From: Lama guanicoe
Lineage: Eukaryota
DNA length: 64,000 nt
Direction: 5' to 3'
Assembly: GCA_013239625.1 (NCBI GenBank)
Contig: MU053758.1
Location: 1,054,001 to 1,118,000 of the forward strand
The notes under the pieces are model-generated. The model did not search any database. It had not been told where the DNA came from and saw only the letters and a program-made list of their open reading frames with translations. The position numbers and the translations under genes were made by a program. Shown in pieces: positions 37,501 to 58,938 of this stretch; position 1 is the first letter of the stretch; each line of letters starts with the position of its first letter.

Positions 37501-40500
37501 TCTGAGCACTTGGCATATGTTAAACCATTTGATCTTCATAACAACCCTGGGCGATGGGTACTATTATTATTATCCCATTCTACATATAAGGAAAGTCAGG
37601 TCTTGTAGCTGATAGGTGGTAGAGCTGGGACTCAGCCCCAGCCATTCTAACTTCCCAGTCTGTTTCCACCTGCTACGCTGCCTTGAATATTCTTCTCTGG
37701 GGATGGTGCCTTCTCCATCTTTAACTGTCTAAGACGGGGATCTCCTGGCCTAAGCTAAGTGGGTGATTCCCAAAGCCTGAAAACTCCTTCCTGCCTAACA
37801 CAGTCACAGCTATGGTACCCAGAGTACCTCCTCTGAGCCCGGCACTGTGCTAAGAAACATGTGTGCGTGATCTCGCTTACGATGTTAACCATGAGGTTGG
37901 TGCTAAAAACGTTCCCATTCTGCAAATAAGCATATCAAGGCCCATAGGCAGCTAAAGGAAGACTGTAGCAAGCAAATGCCAGAGTCAAAACCAGGGCTGA
38001 CTCTGCACCCCGGCTGCCCTGTACAAACAGCTTCTCCCACTGGCCACGCCAGGATTTTTATGATTCTAATACTCCTGGATCAGGTTTGATAAAGTCCCAT
38101 TGCCAGGGGTTGAATTCATGTCTAAGATGCCCAGCCTGAGACAGGCACAGACAGGAAGGCATAGGGAGTCTTTTAATTTTACATTAAAAAAGAAGGTTCC
38201 CTCCCCACCCGCGCCCCTCCCCCTCCCTCCGCCTCAGCTCCCTTCCAATCACATCCGAGACCCCAGAGGGGGCTTGACCTCTGTCCTCGGGGGAGGTCAG
38301 CCGGGGTGACCCTGCCTGTGTGCAGGATCCCGTGAGAGAGGCCCAGCTGCAGGCCCCGGAGGGCTGGAAGCGCACCCGGAAACGAGCTCGGGGTCACCGA
38401 GGGCGGCCGGGCTGAGGGAGGCGCTTCCCTGGCCCTTTGTGAGCTGATAGGCAGGGGGAGATTAGTTCCACAGGCAGCCCCTGTGTCTCCAGAGAATGGA
38501 GCTATTATGGAGAGACTCAAAATACAGGGCACAGCCCATCCCACCTCCCCTTTTATCGCCATGGAGACGAGGGAGGCTGTGGGGGAGGGGAGGGGGTTAA
38601 GAGAGCAAAGGAGGGAGGGGGAACTCGAGGCAGGTGAAGATGGGAGGAGATGGCGGCAGGAGGGGGTGGGAGTGGAAGTCAGCAGGAGGAAGAGGGGAGC
38701 GGGCCAAAGGGAAGAGCACTGGGCCTTTCTCTACCTGTGTGGCTGCTGGGCTCTCTCTCATGGCTTCCTCTCCACACCCTGCCTGCGGAGTCACAGACAC
38801 TGCCTAGGGGATACCAGGCCAAAGAAGGGTTTGCCCACTACCCTGCAGCTGGCCCTGTGACCTTTGAGGGTGAGGGGTCTAACCATCTGGGACTAAATTG
38901 TGAGATGGCCACATGGAAGGCAGCTGGTGAACAGCTGCTAGGCCTTGTCCAGCCTCTGGACAGACCAAGTGCCCCCAGTCATTGACTCTCAGTCATTCCT
39001 CCCAATCTCCCATCCCCTGCAGTGTCCCCACCCATGTCCAGCCAGTGTCAGCCTAAGGTTCCCAGTGATGGGAGCTGCCTCACCTGAGCCCCGTGGGGCG
39101 CCTTTGTCAGAGAGGGCTTCCTTATATTAGGGAGAAACTAGCCTCCCCCCTCCCTCCACACACAGGCCTAGTTCTGCCCTCTGTGTCTGCACAACAGAAT
39201 AAGGTAGGCACTTAATAAATATTGTAGAAAGAAAGGATAAAAATCTGATACTTCTTGACATGAAATATTTGGAAAAACCTGCTGAGAAGTTAATTTTGTT
39301 GGGAAAAAAAATGTAGCCTGTAGTTTTAAAAATACCCAAAGCTAACTGGAAGTGCTGGGGTGGGAAGTGATTTCAGCCACTGAACACTGAGTTGGCAGAA
39401 CACAGGACAGTTCACGATGTCACACTGCCCTGATGTCAACAAAGGGCCTTTGTATGTTTTGGTAAACTAGGCACCTGGTGAATACCCAGCCCAATGGACA
39501 CAGGTAGAACCCAGAGTCAGAATTTGCCGTCAGATTGTGGCTGGTGTTTGGCTCTAAGCCTCAGCATCCCTGCTGCAAGCTGGAGAAACGTCCTTTATCC
39601 CAGAGAGGATGCTCTTGAAAAGAAGGGCCAGCTCCTAGCCAGCAGCCAGAGACCTTGTGTTCTTATCAGAGATGTAGAAAGGAACAGCCTCTTTGAGAGC
39701 TAGAGATTCCCAGGCAGGAGGATTTGTGATCCCATAGTTTGGAGAGACTCAAGGATTTGGGGCGGACTGGGGTTCTCCAACTGGTAACATTACAAGTTCC
39801 AGCCTGCACTCTGAGGAGCCCACCTGGGACACCTCTGGCCCCTTGAAGACTCTACCTACCAACGTGGGTCAGTCAGGAGGCTGCGTGGAGGGGGGAGGGG
39901 GCAGAGGGACAGGAGGCAAACTCTAACATAGAGGAGGAACTTGGGGCCCTGTCATTACCTTGTTGTCCGCCCACGTCCCGATACCGCGTGGGGAGGCCTA
40001 GGGAGCAGCTGCACAGGCAGACAGAACAGGTGCGGTCACGTGCACCAGGCACCAGAGGTAAGATGAGGCTGGGGTGATGCTACCCAAGGCCACATCCTAC
40101 GCTCAAGAACAGTTGTTTCCAAATACCAGGCCTCAGCAGATATTGGAGATGGCCCTGATTCTTGCATTCGAGAGAGAAGGGAGATGAGGCCACGGCTCCC
40201 TGTTTGAGCCGCAACAAAGCCTCGCCTGTCAAGAAAGGCAGGCATACCTGCTGTTGTCTCTTCCCATTCAGCACTGGGGCTCCTGCCCAAATGCTCATGT
40301 CCAGATTGTATTTATGACTGTTTTAAGAAGGAGTGACAGAGCCTTTTAATATCCCTGACAGCCCAGAATGTTTTAATAGATGGTGGAGCTGGGCTGCGGG
40401 AGTTAAGAGAAGAGAGCTGGTCTCCGAGCGAGCTGTCAGGCCTGGTTTCTATGACAGACCTACTGATCCACTCAACGACAAAATAAAATACGAGGCCGTG

Positions 40501-42431
40501 TCTCTCCTCGGCCCCGTCAGGTTGACGGACAGCCTGTCACCATTGTATGTCATCTTTTACCTCCTAATCACTCAGGCTTGGGGGACCTGTGTTTAACGGG
40601 GAGTCCCTACAGGATTTCCACCCAACCCTCCTCCATTTCAACAGCCTGGCACTCCGGCTGGTGTTCTCCGATTTTCTTGATTTCAAATAGAACTCATCTA
40701 CCTACTGAGTTCTGCGTCAGTAGACTTGTTGCTGTTCGTTAGAGGTGATTATAGGTCTGGAAGGATGGCTGGATAATCTGCAAAGTCAGATGGGATGAGT
40801 GGTGGGGACGGTGGCACTATGACGTGAAGGCACTTAATGCCACTGAATTGTACCCGCAAAAAGTGTTAAAGTGGTAAACTTCAAGTTATGAGCTGGGTCA
40901 GATGTCTTAACACACACACACACACACAGGTGCAAACACATGGATTGAGTAAGAAACAGAGAGCAATTCCTTGGATCTTTGATCCCTTCTAACCTGGGTA
41001 TTCGACCGTGTAGACCTATAACCCATATAACCTGTAGCAAGACTCTTCCCAGGGTCTCTACTCCCAAAAAAACAGTCCTCTGCCCACCTCCTGCTTCTTT
41101 GCCTCTTCCTGCCTCCCTGGGCCCACTGTCAGTTTTGGAGTTGAACACCTGGAGTTTCCTTAGACACACATTTCCATCCCCAGATTTGGGGCTAAAGCCA
41201 CTTTGACCAAACCATCAGTAAGTCTTGGGGTTCTCATCAGTCGGTGAGGTCTAGGGGTTCTCTCACTTTTTTTTTGATTGGGCAAAGAAGGGAAGCAAAT
41301 CCAGGGCCATGACCTTGCTCTTTCTCGAGTGGCTGAAAGAAAAGCGAAAGGGCACAGAGTTCTCCCATCCTTACGTGTTAAGCTGTGCTGGATCTGCTTC
41401 CACTCATTCGGGGCTCCCCTCCCTCCTGCCCCACTGATGATGACGAGGACCATGGATAAGGAACAGACAGGACTTATGCTCCTGGATCCCAGTCCCCGGG
41501 GCTGCAGCTATAGACAAGAGCCTCCCTCCACCAGCTCCGGCCCAGGGCTCTGCGTTCGAGTCCTCTGCCAGGAGAGAGTTAAGGGCTTGAGTTTAATTTG
41601 CCCGTTAATCACAGTTAAAAGAAGTAATGAGCGTCTCCCCAAAGCCTGGGTGTTTCTCTGCAGATTAAGCAGCAATTTGCATAGCCCCTTTATTCATCCC
41701 CGCCTCCCCCTGTGGGGCGCTTGTCCTTTCAGACACAGCCAAGCGCAGCCTGCGGCGAGCGCTTTGACAAATGGCTTTGCTGTGCACGGTTTGGGCGAGA
41801 GGAAGGGAGGGGAAGGCTGGGAGGGAGAGGGCAGCTCCCGACAGTAATGGATAGCTGGGGCGTTAAATAGTGCAGAACTTTTTATTAGACACACAGGAGA
41901 AGTTTAAATATTCAAACTGGTTTTCTTTGGAGCCTGGGGAATGAGAGGAGGGTGGTAGGCAGGGTAGGTAAGAGTTTACTCAGGGCCGATGTACCCAGAG
42001 GGGCCCTGCCCACTGATGAGAAGAAGGGCATCTGGAGGACACGGAGATCTATCTGCCTGCGGTCAGCTGGCACCCCGGGCTCCACACCCTCCTGGTGGGG
42101 CCCGGGATCTGCCGGGCAGCATGGCAGCTCCAGGGCCTGATTACTCCTCCTGGTGCCGAACAAGCTTGTTCAGAGCCTGGCATGTGGGTGCCCGTCAGTA
42201 AGCGGGGGTGACCCCAGTTTCGACAACAGACCCGGGTCTATGAAGCAATGAAATCTGCAAGAGGAGGGGGTGGCAGTCCTCTCCACCCTGGAAGAGCCCT
42301 CACCCAAACAGGCAGAGAGAACAGACAGGCCCAGAAGGTCCTCAGAGCAGGCGCTGTCGCTGAACAGCTGTGGATCGGATTTTAGTCTGATCACAGGTTC
42401 ACTTAAAAAGCCTATTTAAACCCAATTTTCT

Positions 42432-42639
42432 GATAAACAACAAGTTCCTACTGTATAGCACAGGGAACTATATTCAATACCTTGTAATGTCCTATAATGA
42501 AAAAAACATGAAAAGGAGTGTATATATGTATGTGTATATATATATATATATATATAAAACTGACTCTCTATGCTGTACACCAGAAACTAACACAATGTTG
42601 TAAGCTGACTATACTGCAATTAAAATAAAAAAGAAAAAG
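42432..42639 (+). mobile_element. 5'-truncated LINE1 with an internal (TA)n
   Basis: TACTGTATAGCACAGGGAACTATATTCAATA motif, A-tail and TSD AAACCCARTTTTCT. Confidence 0.85.
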
Positions 42640-43416
42640 AAACCCAGTTTTCTTCCCAAAGTTTTAGTGCTTTATGGGACTCTTCCCTTTTTTGCTAAGT
42701 TGTCAGCCATATGATCATGTTTTAGGGGCCAAAAGCAACAGAGAGATCATTTAGACAACTCAAGGTCAGAAGAGTTAAGTCTGAGATTCTCCAAAGGGGA
42801 TACAAAAATGAGTAAGACCCATTCCCTGCCCTTAAGCAGCTCAGTTTGGGGGCAGAGACAGGAGATATTGGAGAGGGATGCAGTGTGGGATGTGGATGAC
42901 AATGGAGTTGGTTTGGGACATGTTGGGATATCTAGGACATACAGAACCAGGACCCAAACACAAGGTTCTAACCTCAGGATATTTCCAGTCCTCCACCCTC
43001 TCACAAACTGACAGCTGAGTCTTCCTGTGCCAGGCATCACCTAGGGGCTATACATGCTCACCACAGCTACCTACCCTGAGGTCAGCAGCATTTTGGGCCC
43101 CATTTCAAGGTGAAGGAAATGAGGTGCAGAGAGGTCCAGGGACTCACCCAAGATCACACAGGCACAAGAGCGGAGCCTGGATTTGACCCAGGCAGTCCAG
43201 ACCTAGAGAACATGCTAATCACAACCACATTGCTTTGCCTGTGGTCTTCTGGTTATTGTGATTAAATTGGGCAGGGGCGGGGTGGGGGCGGGGGTGAGAG
43301 GAGGGGACGGGAATGGGGAGGAGAGCAGAATAAACAAGTGAACATGTGGCAATTAAAAGATGAAACAGGAATTAGTAACAGGACAGGCAGGTGTGGATAA
43401 AAAGGCAGAGAAAGGC

Positions 43417-43547
43417 AGGAGAGGTTATATAGCTCAGTGGTGGAGTGTGTGCTTAGCATGCACAAGGTCCTAGGTTCAATCCCCAGTACCTCCATTAAAA
43501 CTAAGTAAACAAACCTAATAACCTCCCCTGCCACGCAAAGAAAAAAA
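43417..43547 (+). mobile_element. tRNA-derived SINE (Vic-1-like)
   Basis: Same family as 16891, with A and B boxes and an A tail. Confidence 0.85.
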
Positions 43548-43720
43548 GGCAGGGAAGAACCACAGGACCCGTGTTTCTAGAGAAACTGAGCAGCACCTGG
43601 GGAATTAATGAGGAGACAGAGAGACATAAACCAGCAGGATTAGCTCCTGTTCTTGAAGGCCTGGGATTCAGTGTTTTCTTTGGTCTTAGCTTCAAGCCAG
43701 TTCTCTGGAGCAGATAATTC

Positions 43721-44113
43721 CTTTTAACTTCTTTTTGTTTCTTTCCTTTTTAAGTTTAGTTGATTTACAATGTTGTGTTAGTTTCAGGTGTACAGCAAAG
43801 TGATTCAGATACATATATGTATTCTTTTTCAGATTCTTTTCCAATATAGGTTATTACAAGATATTGAATATAGTTCCCTGTGCTATCTAGTAGGTCCTTG
43901 TTTATCTATTTTATGTATAGTAGTGCGTATCTGTTAATGGCAAGCTCCTAATTTATCTCTCCCCCACCCTTTCCCCTTTAGTAACCGGAAGTTTGTTTTC
44001 TATGTCTGTGAGTTTTTTTTCTGTTTTGTAAATAAGTTCACTTGTATCATTTTTTAAGATTCCACATATAAGTGATGTCATATATTTGTCTGATTTACTT
44101 CACTTAGTATAAT
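43721..44113 (-). mobile_element. 5'-truncated LINE1
   Basis: Perfect 15-bp TSD TGGAGCAGATAATTC (43706-43720 and 44114-44128); L1 3'UTR motifs on the minus strand. Confidence 0.9.
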
Positions 44114-46654
44114 TGGAGCAGATAATTCTTCGGATGAGTGAGATTTTCAGTCTGAATGATGTGGATAATTCCCTGCCCTGCACTGGCATTGGGAGACTAG
44201 TCCTAGATGTCCAGGACCCCACATTCCCAGGCAAACCCTTAGTGGGTGGCCAGAACCCAGAAGAGCAATCATTAGCACTCCGAGCCCACATTCATGGTCA
44301 GCTGTTGCAGGCTGCAGCGCAAAGGAATCCTACACTTTGAGAAGCACACTTTGGAAGGACAGGGTAGAGTCTACGCAGGAAGGCTTCATTTGAGCAGAGA
44401 CATGGAGAGGGGGCGTGGCCAGCGGCTGGATTTAGCTGGGTGAGAGCATTTTGGAAAGGTGACTCTTTGCTTACCTGAAGCAGGTAATGACTCAGTTAAG
44501 TAGTGAGAGCCTTAAATCTTCTTTGGAAAGAGGTGAAATAGAAATTAACATAAAAGTAGAGTGTGCTCTTGGCAGTAGTTTGCATCAAACTACAGCTTCT
44601 GAGGGTATAATCTGGGCCCATCTTCTCTCTCTCTCTCTCTCTCTCCCTGAATTTTTTTTTTCCATTCCAGAAACATGACTGCTCTTAATTTGGTCTTCAA
44701 GCTCCACAAGGAGCCTCTTGCCTCCCTCTTCCAAGAAGGGAAGTTAGACCAGGATGAAGAGTCTTTATCGCTGTTTCACAAACCAAAAATAATGGCTCAC
44801 ATTTGTCCAGTGAGCGCTTACTCTGCGCCAGGTGCTGAGAGCGCTGTGTCTATTAACTCACTTAATCCTCACAACAACCTCTGAGGCAGTTCTGAGAAAA
44901 GCAAGCAGGAACCTGCCTAATCAGAGTGACATTCATGGAAATCCAGGAGCAAATGGGAAAGAGACAGCTGCCCTCCTTCGGGGTCAAACAGCCAGTCGGG
45001 ATCTTCAGTGTGTTAGGGTGGTCAGGAGAGGGGGACCCAGGAAGCGAAGCACGGGGTCAAAGGCAAATGGGACTAAAGTTTCTGGAGAACAAACCCAATG
45101 TTATAGAGTCAAAAAGACTGAAACTAGTTATGTGAACCTAGGGTACGGGTGGGCCTTCATCTCACCAAATAAGCAGTGAAATGGGCCTAATCCCTCTGAA
45201 GAATAGCCCTCTAGCCACATCCTTACCAAGGTGGCCAAAATCTGCTGAGAAAACCTGCTATATAAACCACTCCTTATCCTATGAAGATGGCCAAACCTCA
45301 GTGCACCTGACGTCACCCGTCGGCCCCAGGAAGGGCAGAGAAGGCAGGGAAGGTGCTCCTCTGAAATGGCAGGAGCAAGAGCTTTGGAGGCCCGAACCCA
45401 GCCTGCCATGGTCACATGACCACAGGGCTTCTCCCCAAAGCCTGAGCCAGTGAGCAAAGAGCCTGTGTAACAGCTGGTGATTGGATGAGGGACCTTCGAG
45501 TGGGCAAGGGCAGCATGCCTCAGTGAGCTGATGGCGGCTGCAAGAGGCAGGCCAGAAGGCCAGAGGAGTCAGCAGCCGAACAGGTGGGGCAGGAGGTAGC
45601 AGACATTCTCTCAGAGATGGGGACAGCTCCCCCGGCCGGGAACCTTCATGGTGGCTGAGGGCCGGATGCGACCCACTCAGGCCCCTTTGTGCCCTTCTAT
45701 TCCAAGGACAGTTTTACCTCGACATTCCACACCAATATTTTTCCTCTTTCAATTCCTAGACTTCCAATGCCCCCAAAAGGAGGTGAACGGGCAGAGATTG
45801 GGGGGAAGCGATGGGCTGACATTAATTGATAGGAGCGGCTCCGAGCAGTTCATGCTGCCTTATCTCTCTCTCCTCTGGATAGCGTGTGTCCGCTGGAGTC
45901 CGCGGGGTCGGTGATTAATAGGGGCCATCACTCACTGTCCGGGACGGCTGAAAGGCAGCAGGGAGGGGGCGGCCCTCCCCAGAACTGAGATAACAAGCAG
46001 CAGGAATAATGAGTGGTGTCACTCCACTTTTCATTTTGATGGAAAGTCATTACGGGAGTCAACGCCAGCGACAAAGAGCCATGAATCAACTGCTCTGCTA
46101 TGAAATTAAAATCGAATTGCTGGCCACCCCCAACCCCTACCCTTCTTGGGAAATGGGGATGTGTAGGTGGCCGGAGAGAGGGGTGCTAGCTTGGGGTGGG
46201 CTCGACCCAATCATAGAGCAGGCAGTTATGGGGAGGAAGTGGACAGGCAGCTAGTGAAGGTGACAACCCATGTCTCCACCTTGTTTATCAGACCCTTCCT
46301 CCCCAAACCGCATTTTCCCTCTGCCTGGAGGTAAGCTGTGATTAAAAGGAAAATACAGCTTTGCTGGCTCCAACGAGGCTGCCACTTGACTGCTCCCCTT
46401 GGGTTTCCAGCCTGAGTGGGGCAGTCTGGGCCTGGCTATGGAGAGAATGGGGCCCAGCTGACTCAGCTACCCGAGTCCCTCGCTGAACCATTTGTAGATT
46501 CTAATCTGGGGTCCTCCCTGTCACCAGGAGCAGAGAGGAAAAGTCTCCAACCTGAGACTCCACAGGATCAAGAACCCCATGAAATGTGGGCACGGCCTCA
46601 ATTCCAGGCCCAGCGGAGGTCACTATCAGTAGTGAAGCAAGAGTCCTTTCCTCT

Positions 46655-46660
46655 TTTATT
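46655..46660 (-). terminator. CDK5RAP3 polyadenylation signal AATAAA
   Basis: TTTATT on the + strand, ~245 nt past the stop codon. Confidence 0.8.
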
Positions 46661-46904
46661 AGGTCCAACTAGATAACGAGAAGGAGCAGAAGCTGTGGTT
46701 TCAGGCTGATGGGCCACAGGACCAACCAAGACAGCTTCTTGCAGAGACTACAGCGAGTGCCAAGGTCACCATCTGGGTGATGGTTCCATCAAGGGGCTTT
46801 CCATCCTCCAGCTGGCCTGGCCTCTTGTCGGGAGGGGCCCCTGGCTGTCAGTCCCTCCTCTGTCCTGAAGGCTGAGAAGACTGGCAGGAAGAACGGGGAT
46901 CGTG

Positions 46905-55391
<8,487 letters not shown>

Positions 55392-55904
55392 CGTCCCTCC
55401 ACTTCCGCTTCCGGCCAGAGACCCAGACCTGCCCCGCCTATCACCAATTCAGCGATTTTGTGGCTGAGCCTCACTTTAGGCACAGACTGGCCTTCTTGGG
55501 CCACGTCACCGACTTCCTCAGAGCCAATCGGGGCGCGAGCTCCACCCCTGGACTCAAGCCCCACCCACCACGGGGCTCCTAGTGGCTGAGCCCTGGAGGG
55601 GCGGGAGAAAAGGAGACAGCCAATGGGAGACGCGAGGCGGGCTCAGGGCTTGGGAGGGGCGGGGGCGCCAGGAAAGGCTTGCAGTGTCGGCGTGTTCGCG
55701 GCAGGCGGCGCCCGAGAGCCGATCCCTGCAGCTTCCGGCCTGGCAGGCACTGAGCCCTCTGCGCCAAGGATTAGCGCGTTTGCGGACAGGGTCTTGGCGC
55801 CTCGCTGGGCGACCTGCAGGCCTTGAGAAACGCCTTCTTCTTGTCTAGCCTTGCTTTACAGTCCATCGATCTTAGTTTGGAGGTCTCTTGTCGCTCTTGT
55901 CACA

Positions 55905-57000
55905 CATTGCCATCTCATTCAGTTTATCTAATAGACAAGTGTTGAGCACCTGCTACGTGTTGTGTGATTAGGGAAGGGAACGGGAGGGAGGAGGGTCAAG
56001 GGAGGCGACTCAAAGATAACACCTAAATTGAGTGTTAAAGGAAGAGCTGCAGAAGTGGGCGATGTGAGAGGGGTGTTCCTGGTGGAGGAGAGTACAGACA
56101 AAGCTTTGCAGACCACAGACTGCAAGAGAGGTGCAGGGAACAAGCAGCTGGAACTGACAACATAATTGGCAGGGTCCAGTGCCAAATGAAAATGCAGGGC
56201 CCCTTGTTTATAAATATGAACGATTTCAAGAGGGCACGCATAGGTCTGGCACTTATGATGCCAACCCTGTAGGGAGAAGCCAGCCTCTGTCCAGTGGAAA
56301 GAATGAGGTAGGGAGTGACTGGAGAAGAGATTTAAAGGCAGAAGGGTCGTATCTTATATCGGCTCATTAAGGAACTTGGACTTCACACTGGCAGACAGAG
56401 AGGAACCACTGGAGAGAGGTTTAAGGTTTTGAGGCTTGAGGTAGGGAGGGACCTGTACAGATTGGCTGCAAAGAAGATGGAACTGTGGGAGATAAGACTG
56501 GAGGCAGGAAGACTATCAGGAGGTTTTTATGCTAGATTAGGGCCTGACCTGGGACAGAGGCACGAGAAGGAAGAGAAGTTCCGGATTTGAAAGATGTTTT
56601 GGAGGAAAATGGACAGGACTTGGCAATCGGCTGTGTGGGTGGGGGAGAGGGACAGCAAGGATGACACCTAAGTGGTTAGATGGGAGTACTCCCATCTAAG
56701 ACAGGGATGCAGGGTGCTGAGCCAAAGGTTGAGGGGGACGGTATGTCAGCTTTGAACTTGTAGGGTTGGTGGTGCTGGGAGGCCTCCCTCAGGTGAAAAG
56801 TGTGCAGGAGGCACTTGGGTGTATAGCTCTGGAGTTCAGGGAAGCCATGGAGTTGGGGATACAGCTTTGGAGAGCATGGGCTGACTGATCTGTGGTCCAG
56901 GTGCTGGCTGAAGCTGAGGGAGCAAGTGAGATTGGGCAAGAAGTCGGTAGGGTGAAGAGAGAAGATGGGCTGGGGAACTCCAGGGCTGGGTGTGCCAGTG
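55905..57000 (-). mobile_element. Decayed LINE2, interrupted by a MER45A-like hAT fragment (~56150-56270)
   Basis: Antisense L2 motifs; ACATAATTGGCAGGGTCCAGTGCCAAATGAAAATGCAGGGCCCCTTGTT resembles recalled MER45A. Confidence 0.55.
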
Positions 57001-57315
57001 TGCATCTCTCCCCTTCCAGGCTGTTAGCTCCCCCAGGAGGCTCTGCCTGGTTCTTTCCAAATGACCCCTCCACCTCTGCCTTAGTGCATTACTTGGGACT
57101 CAATAAATTTTTTATTGAACTGCATGGTGTGATAGGACAGTGAGAAGACCTAGATTCCTGCCTAGTGAGATCTTGGACTATTTCCATAACCTCTCTGCCA
57201 GCTGCAGTTTCCTCCCTGACTATCTTAGGGTATTTCTATTTACAGGCTTAAATAAATAAACATACTAGATGTACATAACTCTTAATAGTTTATGGCATGC
57301 TTTCATACATTTTCT

Positions 57316-57461
57316 TTTTTGTTTGTTTATTTTTGTTTTTGGGGGAGAGGTAATTAGGTTTATTCATTTTTATTTATTTTTTAATGGAGGTGCCGGGGAT
57401 TGAACCCAGGACTTTGTGCGTGCTAAGCATGTGCTCTACCACTGAGCTATACCCTCCTTCC
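57316..57461 (-). mobile_element. tRNA-derived SINE (Vic-1-like)
   Basis: Reverse-complement copy with a 14-bp TSD TTCATACATTTTCT (57302-57315 and 57462-57475). Confidence 0.9.
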
Positions 57462-58894
57462 TTCATACATTTTCTCATTGTTTGCAAACTCTGTGTTTGT
57501 GTATGAAATGTTAATCGTTATTGTTACAGAATGGTTGAAAGACTTCCCTAAAAATGGCTCATAGAGCAGAACTAAGGGCCTCCTCAGGACTCTCTTATGG
57601 GAATTTGGCTCCGATCTTGAGTCCTGACTCAGGCTGTAGGAATTGCTGGGGCTCCCCCATGATTAAACAAACACTTTCTGGGCTCCAACTATGTGCTTCT
57701 GGCTCCCTGGGACATCCCAAGAAGCATGGCCCTGCCCCACCCTCAAGGTGCATCTCTCCTCCTTGAACCAACAGGCAGGGCAGGGCAGGGTGAGTCTGGA
57801 GGCCCAGCCCTGGTGAGTTGGTGGAGGCAGACCACAGGCACTTCACCTCCACCCACCTCCCCAGCCGGCAGTGCCCCGGGTGACTCACGTGGAACAGAAG
57901 GCTGTTTGAGAACAGTTCTGCCCAGCTGCTGGCCTGAGGGTGGTGGCCTTGGAGAGCATAGGAGTGTGGTTTTTGCACAGTATCTGCACCGTTTGTCCTT
58001 TTCCAAGGCAATAGAGCACCTCAAGGCCGATGGGCAGATAAGCACACAAGTGGTCTGGCATCCAGGGCATCGAGGTCCCTGGGGCCACCATCATCTGGAA
58101 GGTGGCAGGGAGAGGATGTAGGGGGCTTCCAATTGGGAATCTCTCAATTCTCTGCTGATTTAGCAGGTGAGATGCTGGCTGGGGGAGGGGCAGGCAGCAC
58201 AGAGGCAGATGGGGAGGAGCGAGCAGGCCTGTGGCAGCTTTGGACAGGAAAGTACAGAGCCCCAGGGTACTATGTGTTCAGGCTGCCTCGCCATCCTTTG
58301 TGGTGCTTGTTAACTTGCTTATTAAGTGATAGTCACGCGTCGCGTGCCAGGGTAGATCTAAATGTTTTACAAGCCTTATCTAATTTGATCCTTCCAACAA
58401 CCTTGAAATGTGGGTACTGTTATTAGCCAGATTTTAAAGGCAAGGGAACCAAAGCTTAGGTAGTTAACTAACTTGTCCAAGATCATAGCTGGTGGTTGCT
58501 GAGGCTGGGATTCAAACTCAGGCCTGCCTGGCTCCCCAGCCTGCACTCTTCTCCGCGGGATGTGATTTCCCCTGCAGACCCACCTCCTCCATTCACACAG
58601 CTCAGCCACCACAGCCCCCCACCCGAGGGCCTCTTCCTCCCTCCTCTTCGGCCTGATTCCCACTTTCTCCGTGTTGTTGTGCCAGGCACTTAGAACCCCC
58701 ACCCTTGTAGTCCCTGCCCTTTTCCAAAGTTCTTTATTACCACGCCCCATTCAGGGCAAGAAGGCCCATGGCTTATGTTCCTGGCATGGCCATAAAAAAA
58801 AAGGTTTCCCCTTGACATTCAGATAATCCATATGTTTATTACTTTATGGTCCACGTCTTCTGTGTGTTTGCTGACAGCCACACTGACTGTAAGG

Positions 58895-58905
58895 GTGTGT
58901 GTGTG

Positions 58906-58938
<33 letters not shown>
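58895..58938. repeat. (GT)n microsatellite
   Basis: Direct reading. Confidence 0.95.
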
